Source of the DNA: Solirubrobacteraceae bacterium
Lineage (GTDB): Bacteria; Actinomycetota; Thermoleophilia; Solirubrobacterales; Solirubrobacteraceae
NCBI GenBank assembly: GCA_035942495.1
Contig: DASZDB010000250.1
Span: 1-28,085, forward strand
DNA: 28,085 nt
Reading direction: 5' to 3'
Of this stretch, positions 27,805-28,085 are shown one piece after another; position 1 is the stretch's first letter, and the number at the start of each line of letters is the position of its first letter. The notes below the pieces were generated by a model. That model made no database searches, was not told where the DNA came from, and saw nothing but the letters and a program-made list of their open reading frames with translations. A program made the translations under genes and the position numbers.

Positions 27805-28085
27805 CGCGCGGGATGGATCTTCGTGCCGCTGCCGGCGTCGGTGAAGAGCTCGAGCAGCAGCGAATGCGGCTCGCGCCCGTCGATGATGTGCGCGGCCCGG
27901 ACGCCGCCGTGGATCGCGTCGATGCAGGCCTGCAGCTTCGGGCGCATGCCGCCGCCGACGTCGGGCAGGGCGCCCTCGACCGCATCGGCCTCGGCCTGCG
28001 TGATCCGCGAGTCGGGGTCGGCGGGGTCGCGCAGCCAGCCGGCGACGTCGGTCAGGAAGATGACCTTGTAGGCGCCGAGCTCGCG
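27801..28085 (-). CDS. argB: Acetylglutamate kinase, C-terminal part (5' end outside the window)
   Basis: Manual translation gives [18 protein letters not shown]...[11 protein letters not shown]...[30 protein letters not shown]. Confidence 0.92.
   Translation of the reverse strand, partial: [94 protein letters not shown]

Overview
Very GC-rich actinobacterial chromosomal DNA; the gene repertoire and protein styles suggest Thermoleophilia/Solirubrobacterales, which is an inference. Housekeeping genes are pcrA (partial), cymR-[formyltransferase]-cysK-cysE, gltX, nfo, dnaE, argG and argB(partial)-argD. Accessory genes are a CAP-domain protein, a QNG1/DUF2419-like queuosine salvage protein, a VanZ-family protein, an HDOD-LuxR fusion, an ABC-2 exporter pair and several small orphan ORFs. 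Two modules stand out. The first is a pair of tandem secreted modular proteins lying between argD and argG. One carries a jelly-roll, two FN3 domains and a collagen stalk; the other a choice-of-anchor-P-like domain and Cys repeats. Both end in the same ~134-aa, ~80% identical, extremely Arg-rich C-terminal domain and are followed by homologous terminator hairpins. The second is a membrane-anchored SARP regulator (wHTH-BTAD-TM-beta-propeller-periplasmic binding protein). It lacks a canonical start codon at the expected position and faces a divergent two-gene unit preceded by three 11-bp-phased heptamer repeats. Many genes show a TANNNT box 6-9 nt before the start codon, indicating leaderless or near-leaderless transcription. 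I saw no rRNA, tRNA, CRISPR array or transposase. All family assignments come from motif recognition by eye; no searches were run.
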